The position numbers and the translations under genes were made by a program. Positions 18,694-28,285 of a stretch of 64,000 bases of DNA are shown here, in pieces; position 1 is the first letter of the stretch; each line of letters begins with the position of its first letter. Source of the stretch: an uncultured Candidatus Saccharibacteria bacterium (GTDB lineage Bacteria > Patescibacteriota > Dojkabacteria > GCA-002793355); contig CAZGEO010000001.1 of NCBI GenBank assembly GCA_964525295.1, positions 248,662 to 312,661 on the forward strand, in the 5' to 3' direction. The notes beneath the pieces were generated by a model that saw only the letters and a program-made list of their open reading frames with translations, was not told the origin of the DNA and ran no database searches.

Positions 18694-19377
18694 ATGGAAC
18701 AAACTACAACACCAGAGACAGCTCCTGTCGCTCCAGTTGCGCAGCCTGTTAAAAAGAAGAGTAATACACTCGTTATTATTCTTGCAGTAATTTTCGGCAT
18801 CATCGCACTCTGCGGAATTGTCGTTGTAATTGGCTTTGCTAAGGTCAAAGACCTTATTAACAATGCTGATTTCGTCAATGAAGTAAAGCAGCAAGTCGAA
18901 CAACAGCAGAATTTCGAAAATAATAACTACGGAGAAGAAACTCCAACTCAATCAGGTAGTTCTAACAACACAACTAGCGATACTTGTGCTTATCTTTCAA
19001 AAGAAACTCTTTCTTCATTGATTGGTAAAAATATCACAACGCAAACAAACGATGGTGACAAAAAAACTTGTACCTATACCACAGATCCAAGCAACTACAC
19101 CGATGCAGTCATTATGATTGTCTCAGTTGAACAACCATCAGTTGGTCAAACAGCGGCTACTTATATTGAAATTGTAAAATCAACCGTTCTTGCGACAGAA
19201 ATTGAAAAAATCAATGTCAAATCAGCAGATGTAGCCTACTGGGGTGGCGCTGCAAAAATGCTTATTGCAAGCAAGGGTAATAAAATTTTACTTATTGCAA
19301 CTCAAACAATCTCACAAACTGACAATTCAAAAGAATATACTCAGAAAGCTGCAGATTATTTGATGCCAAAGCTATAA
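18694..19377 (+). CDS. Membrane-anchored extracytoplasmic hypothetical protein
   Basis: Single N-terminal TM (LVIILAVIFGIIALCGIVVVIGF) followed by a Thr/Ser/Asn-rich soluble domain. Confidence 0.5.
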   Translation: MEQTTTPETAPVAPVAQPVKKKSNTLVIILAVIFGIIALCGIVVVIGFAKVKDLINNADFVNEVKQQVEQQQNFENNNYGEETPTQSGSSNNTTSDTCAYLSKETLSSLIGKNITTQTNDGDKKTCTYTTDPSNYTDAVIMIVSVEQPSVGQTAATYIEIVKSTVLATEIEKINVKSADVAYWGGAAKMLIASKGNKILLIATQTISQTDNSKEYTQKAADYLMPKL

Positions 19378-19398
19378 TAAAAATAGTAGGGTATCAGT

Positions 19399-19426
19399 AA
19401 AAAAAGGGCCGCAAGGCCCTTTTTTA
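19399..19426. terminator. Bidirectional rho-independent terminator
   Basis: aaaaaaGGGCCgcaaGGCCCttttttt, a GC hairpin flanked by an A-run and a T-run, between convergent genes. Confidence 0.75.
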
Positions 19427-19465
19427 TTGCAAGGCAAAACATGCCGCACGTAGACGCGGAATACA

Positions 19466-20599
19466 TTATTCACTCACTGGATGAAAATCTCGATGGGTGT
19501 CTTCAGCAAACTTATCGCTTGTATGTACGTAACGTGTGGTAGTTTGAAGACTTTCATGACCTAAAAGCACTTGAATTGCCGCAGGATTCGCACCATTTTC
19601 AGCAAGATACGTTGCGTATGCATGGCGAATGCTGTGAGCGCTCATAGGAACAACAATTTCGAGCATTCTGCGATAAAATGCAATTTTCATTTGCACATAA
19701 TTCGTTGAAATTCTCGGATCTGAACCCTTTAATCGGCTACCGCTAGTTGGCAAAAATAAAGCAGGGTAGGGGTCTGCCCTCTTTTCTAGGTAACTTTTTA
19801 TATGTGCGACTGCCCTATGCGTTAAGTAAACAAAGCGCTGTTTTCGACCTTTTCCTGTGATAAATAACTTTCCATCGCTGTTAATTTGATCACGATTAAT
19901 ACTCACTACTTCGGATATACGCATGCCTGTTGCTAAAAGAAGTTCCAGAATTGCCCTATTTCGAAGAGCAACTATCTCTAGCGATTCATAATTGCTAGGA
20001 GCTTCTACAAGAGCAACAACTTCTTCAAGTGTTGGTACCTGTGGTTTCTTCTTTGGAACCCTCACCAGCTGAACTGCATCAGGCGCAAGTGGAGTTTCAT
20101 AATCGTACTCAACTAAAAATCTCAAATAATTTCTCAGCGAGACTAAAACTCTGTTGATTGACATGGCATCTAACACTTCAGGGTTATTATTCTTCACAAA
20201 GCCCCCATTTGGCGTTTTTACATGGAGTAAAGAGTCGTTTTTCTTCTTCTCGTTTGTTTTTGAGGCGTTTTTATCAATTACAACGATATTCTCGTCATTA
20301 CCTGCACCTTTCTGTAGCATTTCCCCTTCTGGTTCTTTATTTTTATTGTCTTGACGATGAACATGCTCACGTTGCTTCAACCAACCTTTAAAAAAAGTAA
20401 CTGAAAGCTTATTTATTGACTTGAACTGTGTTTTGGTATCTTCAAGGAATTCCGCAAAAAAGCTGAGATCTCGATTATAATTGTAAACTGTTTCATTACT
20501 GTAATTGTTATTGAACAAATGAAGCATAAACTCATTTTGACGCTCAAGTTTCGGCATCTTCTCGTCTTTTAAGAGCTCTTGTATGTTAATTTTCCTCAC
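19466..20599 (-). CDS. Tyrosine recombinase, XerC/XerD family, with Lys/Asn-rich insertion in the N-terminal domain
   Basis: The C-terminal catalytic region ATGMRISEV...AHSIRHAYATYLAENGANPAAIQVLLGHESLQTTTRYVHT carries the R..H..R..Y catalytic residues. Confidence 0.8.
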   Translation of the reverse strand: MRKINIQELLKDEKMPKLERQNEFMLHLFNNNYSNETVYNYNRDLSFFAEFLEDTKTQFKSINKLSVTFFKGWLKQREHVHRQDNKNKEPEGEMLQKGAGNDENIVVIDKNASKTNEKKKNDSLLHVKTPNGGFVKNNNPEVLDAMSINRVLVSLRNYLRFLVEYDYETPLAPDAVQLVRVPKKKPQVPTLEEVVALVEAPSNYESLEIVALRNRAILELLLATGMRISEVVSINRDQINSDGKLFITGKGRKQRFVYLTHRAVAHIKSYLEKRADPYPALFLPTSGSRLKGSDPRISTNYVQMKIAFYRRMLEIVVPMSAHSIRHAYATYLAENGANPAAIQVLLGHESLQTTTRYVHTSDKFAEDTHRDFHPVSE

Positions 20600-21162
20600 T
20601 CAACAGTATAGCGCAAATGCCAAAAAGTTACGATATTTAGGTAAATAGAGCAGAGAAAGCTCAAAAAATGGGCAATTATATAGATAGCGATAAACTCAGA
20701 AGTGGTTAAAACTTGAAAATGAATTAATTTTGAATAATTCGCAAATAATTCGAATTTAATTGGAATAATAAAAGAATTTATTGATAAATAAAAGAAAAAT
20801 CAGATCCTACGCAAAAACTCTCAGAAACATGGGGGAGAAGTGCCTTGCCAAAGCTTGACTGAGTATAAGGGAGATTATACTCAGTCCCTAATCGTTTACA
20901 ATTTTCCTAAAAAATACCCAAAACCTTAGGTTTTAGATTTTAGCTAGATATCTATAAAATTCGAGTAGTATTACTCAAATAAAAAGAATATTCCCTATTA
21001 ATATTTCATTAATTCCTGAAGCTTATTGAATCTGTCGCCAAATTAAAAGGAATAAGCACTCCTCCACAGTGACAATTAAAACTATAGGACATGATTACTA
21101 TAGGACTTGAGTTATCCACATTTTGTCCACTCCCCTGCTCTATGTGCTGAAAGTATCGAAAA

Positions 21163-22149
21163 TTACGATAAAACTACTAGAAGGAATAATGCAATAAATA
21201 TAGCAATAAATTCTAGAATAACCGAGAATTTCAATGTATTTTGCTCTTTATGAATCAAGTAACCAAAAAGAACATATGTTATTGCAGCCGTAAATAACGC
21301 TCCCTGCCAAATATAGGCAAAGAAAATACTACTTATGCAGCAAATTACCGTAATAAAGAACGATAAAATCAAGCTTAATAGAAAAGATCCACGTTGATAA
21401 GGTAAAAAATACATGAAAAGAACGTTTGAAAGAAGAGCTAAAACACACCACAAAATCAAACAAACTATGATCGCAGCAATATATTGGTCAGACGATATTA
21501 GCGGCATCAAAACGGCATTGGCGGAATATACAGCGAAAAAGGTCGTAACAATACTCCCCAGATATGCGACACTCTCCCCTAACCTACTTAACGGAATAGT
21601 ATAAAAAAGATTGACATTTAGGACATTTACCGCAAGTTCAAAAATGTATAGAAGAACCGTAAAAAAGACTAATGCTGTGAGAAATAATCCTAATAAATAC
21701 ACTCTGTTAATTTGTGTAGAAAATACCTCGGCCAAAAACAAGGAATATGAAAAGGTAAAAATTGATGGTAATGGTAAAGTCGCAAGATATGACTCACGTC
21801 TAATCTGATTTTTTAACCCCCAGATGGTCAAAAGATAGCAGATAACTGCAAGAATTAATGCAATTACTGCCCACATGCCAACAGATTGCATCGTAGGAAA
21901 GATAACAAGTTTCGTAATCCCAAGAAGTGCTGGAATAATTAATGAAACCATCATTAATCGGACTCTTTTTGGCAAATCTTTAAACTGCTTATCTCCTGGA
22001 GACAACAATACCAAAAAATTCGTACGGAGTTGCTCAAGTTGGTGTTTAATATGAACAACTGGCGAGTCGTCTTTCTCAAGTAATTTTGAAGTATCTGTGA
22101 CGACAACCGATTCTCCGCGCCTTGTATTGATTTCTGGATATTGTTGCAT
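21163..22149 (-). CDS. Polytopic membrane protein, hypothetical
   Basis: About 90-aa soluble N-terminus followed by about 7 hydrophobic helices. Confidence 0.5.
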   Translation of the reverse strand: MQQYPEINTRRGESVVVTDTSKLLEKDDSPVVHIKHQLEQLRTNFLVLLSPGDKQFKDLPKRVRLMMVSLIIPALLGITKLVIFPTMQSVGMWAVIALILAVICYLLTIWGLKNQIRRESYLATLPLPSIFTFSYSLFLAEVFSTQINRVYLLGLFLTALVFFTVLLYIFELAVNVLNVNLFYTIPLSRLGESVAYLGSIVTTFFAVYSANAVLMPLISSDQYIAAIIVCLILWCVLALLSNVLFMYFLPYQRGSFLLSLILSFFITVICCISSIFFAYIWQGALFTAAITYVLFGYLIHKEQNTLKFSVILEFIAIFIALFLLVVLS

Positions 22150-22169
22150 AACTCTCGCTAATAATAATA

Positions 22170-23213
22170 TTACTTCAACAGATGTTCACGCCCTTTATCG
22201 GTAACTACTCTTCCTCTCGGGGTTCGTTTTATCAATCCCTGACGTAAAAGGAAGGGTTCATATACTGATTCTATCGTATCTTCGTCTTCAGCAACAGCTG
22301 CTGCAATAGTTTTTATACCAATTGGACCACCAGAGAATTTTTCTACCATCGCTTCTAAGATAGCTCTGTCTAAAGAATCGAGGCCTAATTCATCAACGCC
22401 AAGAAGAAGAAGTGATTTTGCTACCGTTTCTCGATTGAGTACCATTTCTGGGGCATGAACTGAAGCATATTCTTTGACTCGCTTAAAAAGCCGTACCGCG
22501 ATTCGCGCAGTTCCTCTTGCTCTATGCGCAATTTCAGACAATGCCTCGTCTTGCACCTGATACCCATCTATGTCTGCCAAACGGCGAAGCATCTTAGCTA
22601 ATTCATCTGGTTCGTAAAAATCTAAGTGCAATAATACGCCAAAACGATCTCGCAAAGGAGACGATAGCAAACCAACACGAGTTGTTGCTCCAATTAAGGT
22701 AAATGGTGGTAGCGTGAATCTCACCGATTGTGCAGCAGCGCCCTGACCTACAATGATATCAACTTTAAAGTCTTCCATCGCTGGATATAGCAGCTCTTCT
22801 ATTGGTTTTCGTAATCTATGAATTTCGTCAATAAACAAAACATCGCCAGGAGCGAGATTAGTGAGCATAGCAATTAAATCGCCTTGCTTCTCAATTGCTG
22901 GACCAGACGTAACTTTTAACGCAACTCCCAACTCATTCGCAACGATATGTGCAATTGTTGTCTTCCCCAACCCCGGAGGGCCGTATACCAACACATGATC
23001 TGCTGCAGATTGTTCCCCTTTTTCCCAGCGTTTTTGGGTAGCTCCGATGAGCAAAGAAAGTATGTGTTTTTCTTTATTTCTTCCAATCAGTTCAGCAAGT
23101 TTTTGCGGGCGTTGTGCACCTTCTGTCGGTACTTGTTGATTACCGATATTTTCGGACTTCGCAAGTTTTTTCGCAAGGATTTTCCCGCTTTCTTCGTTAC
23201 TTGTAAGAATCAT
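22170..23213 (-). CDS. ruvB: Holliday junction branch-migration ATPase RuvB
   Basis: Walker A VLVYGPPGLGKTTIAHIVANELGV, DEIHRL, and C-terminal winged helix. Confidence 0.9.
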   Translation of the reverse strand: MILTSNEESGKILAKKLAKSENIGNQQVPTEGAQRPQKLAELIGRNKEKHILSLLIGATQKRWEKGEQSAADHVLVYGPPGLGKTTIAHIVANELGVALKVTSGPAIEKQGDLIAMLTNLAPGDVLFIDEIHRLRKPIEELLYPAMEDFKVDIIVGQGAAAQSVRFTLPPFTLIGATTRVGLLSSPLRDRFGVLLHLDFYEPDELAKMLRRLADIDGYQVQDEALSEIAHRARGTARIAVRLFKRVKEYASVHAPEMVLNRETVAKSLLLLGVDELGLDSLDRAILEAMVEKFSGGPIGIKTIAAAVAEDEDTIESVYEPFLLRQGLIKRTPRGRVVTDKGREHLLK

Positions 23214-23221
23214 AATACCGC

Positions 23222-23854
23222 CTACGTTACGTAGCCTAAGACAATTTTAACCATTTCGGCGACATTCTCTTCAGGAATTTTCTCTAATGATGAAGTAGCC
23301 CTTTCAACAGCCTCTTTTGCTTGTTGTGAAGAATATCCTAGTCTTTGTAAAGTAGCTAAAACAGGAGCATATCTTGCATTTACTTCTTTTGTAGTAGATT
23401 TCGTTGTTGCAATTGCTGCTGCGTAACCATCTTTTCCACCTAACTCAATCATAATCTTTGCTGCAGTTTTTGCTCCTAATCCAGGAACTTTTCCTAGGCC
23501 TTTCAAATCTTTCGCTAAAATCGCTTGGCGAACTCCCTCTACTCCCAAAGATCCCAATACCCCGAGTGCTGTTTTAGGACCAACTCCAGAAACTGTTAAT
23601 AGGTCAAGAAATGTCTTCATTGCTTCAATAGATTCCAATCCAATTACATACGACTCTTTATCTGTTTGAACTGTATATAACCACAATTCGACGACAGTAT
23701 CTCCTGCAAACGATTGTACTAATTGTTCTGAAACAACAACTGTATAACCAACACCTAGTTGAGTAAGTGATTCATAGGGCCAAAGCACAAGCGAAGCAGT
23801 TGATTTACCTGTTTTGAATGTTGCAATAACTTTTCCTCTTAAAAACCCTATCAT
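23222..23854 (-). CDS. ruvA: Holliday junction DNA-binding protein RuvA
   Basis: TFLDLLTVSGVGPKTALGVLGS and the LGKVPGLGAKTAAKI HhH motifs. Confidence 0.85.
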   Translation of the reverse strand: MIGFLRGKVIATFKTGKSTASLVLWPYESLTQLGVGYTVVVSEQLVQSFAGDTVVELWLYTVQTDKESYVIGLESIEAMKTFLDLLTVSGVGPKTALGVLGSLGVEGVRQAILAKDLKGLGKVPGLGAKTAAKIMIELGGKDGYAAAIATTKSTTKEVNARYAPVLATLQRLGYSSQQAKEAVERATSSLEKIPEENVAEMVKIVLGYVT

Positions 23855-24310
23855 TGGAGTATTATAGCACCTACCACAGACGCAAAATTAAATGTCCTTA
23901 TAGTGTAATAAATTTGTGGTGGAATTCTACTAATAATTTGTGTGAGTAGTTAGTGATACGTAAATGATTCGGATGATGTCTCAAAAGTACCATTAATTTA
24001 CCTTACAAACGGAAGTTAATCGAATTCCAAGGATATTACCGTATGAATTAATTGATTGATTTCTCACCACTACTGTTCCACAAAATAAGAATAAATTATA
24101 AATCTGCTTCTAATATTCATTTATACGATACTCTATGGCGAATACTAAAATTGTTCAAGAGGCATAAAATACGGTTGTAAAACAATAATATAATTTACAT
24201 TTCATAGTCAGGTCATCGTGCAATTATTTATACTCTTTTAATGCGAATAATATATAACTAGAGGACTTGTTGATCGCAACTTTTTCTCGAAAACTGTAGA
24301 AAGTTGACCA

Positions 24311-25384
24311 CTAAAACTTTGGAATTGTTACAAATTCTTGTTTTTTACCTTTCAATGTGAATCTTACACAGACCGAACAAAGCCCAAGGGTACCCCCTGG
24401 GGTATATTTTATGCCGTATAACTGGTCGTTTACAACAGTTGCGCCAAGATACTTTGCTTGTGCCCTAATCTGATGTGTTCTACCAGTATGCAATGAATAC
24501 AAAAATAGTAATTTATCTTCAGATTCAGCAATCGCATATACGTCACTAATACAATTCTTCACGCCTTGTAATCTACCAGTTTGTCGTTGATCTGGAGAAT
24601 ACACCATTGCAATGCCTCCCCTACTCTTTCCAATGAAACCATCGAGATCAATTACATTCTCACGAGTAATTCGTGATTCAATAATTTCAAGAATTTCAGC
24701 ATTTGTGAACTTTTTATCTATTGCAAACAACCTACCAGCTTTTCTTTCTTCTGCAAAAAGTCTTCTGACACTATTATTTAACTGCGGAGTTTTATTGCAA
24801 TAGGCAAAATAATATTTCTCAAGATTTCTCGTTTCAAACAGCTTTTTCACTTCATTGTATGTTTGCATATTTTTGGCAAACATTAATATTCCCTGGGTTT
24901 CTTTATCAAGTCGATGTAAAAGCCCAGCTCTGGGAACATAATGGTGAATAGACTGCATATATTTGATGTATTGATACACCATTGAGTCTGCACCTTTGTC
25001 TCCTCTTCCTGGATGAGAAGATACCCCCGGGGGTTTATGAACAACCAACATATCGTCATCTTCAAAGAGTATCGCCGGCTTGATATCTCCAGCTGAAGCA
25101 ATTCGTTCTGCATCGAGCTCAAGACCTTCTTCGCTTGCATCCCACGATTCTGCCTCTTGATCTTGTCTCTTACCTGTTTGATATAAAACAATCATCGCGC
25201 GAACTTTTTCTTCATCAATCTCGGGAATATGCTTCTCTGTGTCAAAGGTAAATCCTTTTTTCTTTATAACTTCACCTAAAAGCGAAACAGCGCCTGCTTC
25301 AAGTAATTTCTCAACATACGTACGTGATAACTTAACACCAAACCTTCGTTCGATTTCAGCCTGAATATAAGAGTCTAAACGCAT
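24311..25384 (-). CDS. RluA-family 23S rRNA pseudouridine synthase (RluD-like, N-terminal S4 domain)
   Basis: HRLDKETQGILMFAKN carries the catalytic Asp. VVHKPPGVSSHPG is present. About 40 aa are inserted before the catalytic core. Confidence 0.8.
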   Translation of the reverse strand: MRLDSYIQAEIERRFGVKLSRTYVEKLLEAGAVSLLGEVIKKKGFTFDTEKHIPEIDEEKVRAMIVLYQTGKRQDQEAESWDASEEGLELDAERIASAGDIKPAILFEDDDMLVVHKPPGVSSHPGRGDKGADSMVYQYIKYMQSIHHYVPRAGLLHRLDKETQGILMFAKNMQTYNEVKKLFETRNLEKYYFAYCNKTPQLNNSVRRLFAEERKAGRLFAIDKKFTNAEILEIIESRITRENVIDLDGFIGKSRGGIAMVYSPDQRQTGRLQGVKNCISDVYAIAESEDKLLFLYSLHTGRTHQIRAQAKYLGATVVNDQLYGIKYTPGGTLGLCSVCVRFTLKGKKQEFVTIPKF

Positions 25385-25391
25385 ACTGAAA

Positions 25392-25889
25392 CTAATTAAC
25401 TGAGAAATAAATTGCGAGTACCGTGACTAAGAGAACTGCGATAATACCCAGAAACACATTGCGTCTGAACATTCTCATGACATTTTTCTTATCAATGCGC
25501 AATTTGCCAATTAACACTAAGGTAGGCACATAAAGCATGATAATTGCACTTAACCCCCAAATTCCCCACAATACCGGATAAAAAATGCCTTCGCTAAAAA
25601 GTAGAAATCGCCAAGGAAACACCGAAAACCACGCAATACCACTCGCGCTTCGAACATAGGGAACAATTCCCCAAGGTACCGAAGTAAACAGTGACATATT
25701 GCTAAACATCCATACTATTCGTGCGAAAAACAACCCCAAAAGGCCACTCCCAAGTACTGCATCGAAAAACGATATAAAACTCTTCTTGTGCTCTACTCCG
25801 AGTTCAATTAATCGAGACCAGATTGAAATTACAACAAACCATGAAAGATATAAAACAATGACGGCAATAGCGAGTATTACCCAGGACAT
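25392..25889 (-). CDS. Small polytopic membrane protein, hypothetical
   Basis: Four to five TM helices. No motif. Confidence 0.4.
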   Translation of the reverse strand: MSWVILAIAVIVLYLSWFVVISIWSRLIELGVEHKKSFISFFDAVLGSGLLGLFFARIVWMFSNMSLFTSVPWGIVPYVRSASGIAWFSVFPWRFLLFSEGIFYPVLWGIWGLSAIIMLYVPTLVLIGKLRIDKKNVMRMFRRNVFLGIIAVLLVTVLAIYFSVN

Positions 25890-25891
25890 GA

Positions 25892-26620
25892 TTATGATTT
25901 CTTAGATTCAGTTGATTCTTTTTTTTCGTTAGATTCTTTTTTTTCGACTTTGCTATTCTTTTTCGCTGATAATGATTTTGAAACAGCTTGAGTTGTAGCA
26001 GTCAAAGAACTTTTGATTCGTCCCATTAATCCATTGATTCTTTCAACGACCGTAGATTTCTTCTTATCTGAAACAACCGGCTTCATTTCTACCGCTTCTT
26101 CAACCACTTTTTTCTCTTCTGGTGTCAATTTTTTACCGCATGATGAACAAAATCCATTGTAAATGCTCTGTAATGTGTCACATTGAGGACAATTCACATT
26201 CATTTGCGTACCACAAACTGCACAGTAATTATGACCGACAGGAACCAAGGTATGACATGAAGGGCAATCATTTACCGAGCTAAGCTCGTACATCAGATAT
26301 TTACTTTCGAGTTTGGTCCATTGCTTTTCTTCTAAGGTTACCACAGGACGCATGAATAAATAACCAATAAACCCGAGAACGTTAAAAGGAAGCACAAAAA
26401 TGAACCAAATTAATGCCATTGGCCACTCTTTATATCGATTAACCGCATCAACAGCGACCCACAGTGCAAAAACTAACCAAATAATAAAAAACCACACAAT
26501 CATAACGCGAAAAACAAGCATAACATCAACACCAACCAATGCTTTAAATAATGATTGAGTATACTCCCCTAAATCTAGTGAGTTTGTGGTATCTGCTGAC
26601 TGTGCAAGAAATGCGTACAT
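25892..26620 (-). CDS. Membrane protein with cytoplasmic double zinc-ribbon and Lys/Ser-rich tail
   Basis: CPSCHTLVPVGHNYCAVCGTQMNVNCPQCDT...CSSCGKKL carries four CxxC pairs, preceded by 2-3 TM helices. Confidence 0.5.
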   Translation of the reverse strand: MYAFLAQSADTTNSLDLGEYTQSLFKALVGVDVMLVFRVMIVWFFIIWLVFALWVAVDAVNRYKEWPMALIWFIFVLPFNVLGFIGYLFMRPVVTLEEKQWTKLESKYLMYELSSVNDCPSCHTLVPVGHNYCAVCGTQMNVNCPQCDTLQSIYNGFCSSCGKKLTPEEKKVVEEAVEMKPVVSDKKKSTVVERINGLMGRIKSSLTATTQAVSKSLSAKKNSKVEKKESNEKKESTESKKS

Positions 26621-26644
26621 GTTTCGATTATGAACTGATTTGAA

Positions 26645-26730
26645 CTGGGCGGAGAGGGAGTCGAACCCTCACGCGGGGGTTGCCCGCAAAAGATTTTGAG
26701 TCTTTCGTGTCTGCCATTCCACCACCCGCC
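26645..26730 (-). tRNA. tRNA-Leu (anticodon CAA), class II with long variable arm
   Basis: The reverse complement is GGGCGGGTGGTGGAATGGCAGACACGAAAGACTCAAAATCTTTTGCGGGCAACCCCCGCGTGAGGGTTCGACTCCCTCTCCGCCCA. It has a 7-bp acceptor stem, anticodon loop CTCAAAA, T-loop GGTTCGACTCC, and no encoded CCA. Confidence 0.85.
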
Positions 26731-26806
26731 CAGACTGAAGAATTATAACAAGTATTTGAACATTTCACAAACGAGATGAGTCACCTGTTACTGAAGAATT
26801 ACAAGA

Positions 26807-26835
26807 AATATTAGCGATTTTGCCGAAGCGGCAAA
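26807..26835 (-). terminator. Probable intrinsic terminator downstream of dnaB
   Basis: GATTTTGCCGaagcGGCAAAATC is a perfect 10-bp stem followed on the minus strand by a U-rich tract. Confidence 0.5.
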
Positions 26836-26912
26836 ATCGCCTTACAATGTCTTCAATCTGCTTAACATTTCGAGCGCACCAGTTGGTGCGGACAACAACC
26901 ACATGAGTCCGG

Positions 26913-28241
26913 CTAATTCTTCTGAACACTTTCCTTATCAAGATTTCTGAAACTTGCGAGTTCCTTTACAAAGGCAATTTCAACTGAACCGGTAGGGCCG
27001 TTACGATGTTTTGCAATCTTTAATTCAACAATACCCTTTTTCTCGGTATCTGGATCATAATAATCTTCACGATGAATGAACATAACAATGTCAGCATCCT
27101 GTTCGATTGAACCTGAATCACGCAAATCCGATAACTGTGGCATCTTGTCTGGACGATCTTCCGTTCTACGTGACAACTGTGAAAGTGCAATAACAGGCAC
27201 TTTCAATTCACGCGCCATATTTTTTAGTTCTTGTGAAATTTGAGAGACTTCTTGCGTTCTTCCCTCTTTCGAATTACCTTGAATCAACTGCAGGTAGTCA
27301 ATAAAAATAATGTCAATTCCCTGCTCCATGTACAATCGACGTGCTTTTGTACGAAGTTCGACAATATTGGCACCTGGTGTGTCATCAATATATATTGGTA
27401 AATCAGATAATTCACCAGTTGCTTCAGATAATTTCGCGAATTCATCATCAGAAAGCTTACCTGTACGCATTTCCCAAAGCCCTACCCCACTTTGTGACGC
27501 CAAAAGACGCGAAACCATTTGCTGCTGCGACATTTCTAGCGAGAAATACGCTGCTTTCTTACCATCCATAGATAGTTGACGCATCATTTCTAACGTTAAT
27601 GCTGTCTTACCCATTGCAGGTCTTGCTGCAACAATAACCAGGTCTGATTTCTGAAAACCACCCAAAAGTGCATTGAGATCGCGAAAACCTGTATTTATAC
27701 CGATTAAATTTCCATCACCAACGTTTACCTGTGCTGCTTCTTCATACACTTGCTCGAGCACATCGCGAATATGTGTGAACCCTTTTTCGACACCCTGTAC
27801 AGAAACATTGAACAATTCCTGTTGAGATTGGTTAACAACGTCATTTGTTGGTTTTTCTTCATCGAATGCTAAATCTGTTATAGATGCTGCTGCGGTAATT
27901 AAATTTCGCCTCAGAGCCTTTTCTTTAATATTTTTCGCATACTCCTCGGCATGAGCTGAGGTTGGAACAGCCTCTATAAGTTCGACTAGATACGCACGCC
28001 CACCGATCTCTTGCAATTGCCCTTTTTTTTGCAAGAAGTCTGTCAATGTCAATTGATCAATAGAAACTGACGCCATAAACAGATCTGACATAGCCTTATA
28101 AATCAGAGCATGGCGTTTTTCATAAAAATGTTCTGGGCGAAGAAACGACAATACACGCACCAAAGCATCACGATCAAGCATAATTGCACCCAAAATACTT
28201 TTTTCTGCATCGAGATTTTGTGGTGGAAGTTTTGCTGACAT
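26913..28241 (-). CDS. dnaB: Replicative DNA helicase DnaB
   Basis: Walker A AARPAMGKTALTLEMM, the DnaB N-terminal domain, and the DDTPG...IDYLQL motifs. Confidence 0.9.
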   Translation of the reverse strand: MSAKLPPQNLDAEKSILGAIMLDRDALVRVLSFLRPEHFYEKRHALIYKAMSDLFMASVSIDQLTLTDFLQKKGQLQEIGGRAYLVELIEAVPTSAHAEEYAKNIKEKALRRNLITAAASITDLAFDEEKPTNDVVNQSQQELFNVSVQGVEKGFTHIRDVLEQVYEEAAQVNVGDGNLIGINTGFRDLNALLGGFQKSDLVIVAARPAMGKTALTLEMMRQLSMDGKKAAYFSLEMSQQQMVSRLLASQSGVGLWEMRTGKLSDDEFAKLSEATGELSDLPIYIDDTPGANIVELRTKARRLYMEQGIDIIFIDYLQLIQGNSKEGRTQEVSQISQELKNMARELKVPVIALSQLSRRTEDRPDKMPQLSDLRDSGSIEQDADIVMFIHREDYYDPDTEKKGIVELKIAKHRNGPTGSVEIAFVKELASFRNLDKESVQKN

Positions 28242-28285
28242 TATTCTTGATTATACATTCAAATGAATCCTTTTTATAGCTTCCC

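Noticed and set aside
20600-21162. Search for tmRNA, RNase P RNA or SRP RNA in the 560-bp non-coding gap (also in 23855..24310)
   Set aside because: I could find none of the conserved cores by eye: no GGGG...tRNA-like ends for tmRNA, no RNase P P4 sequences, and no SRP domain IV motif. Not excluded, but unsupported.
19466-26730. Possibility of an integrated mobile element between the Xer-like integrase and tRNA-Leu
   Set aside because: The intervening genes are core housekeeping (ruvA, ruvB, rluA). I found no direct repeat of the tRNA 3' end and no phage or conjugation genes.
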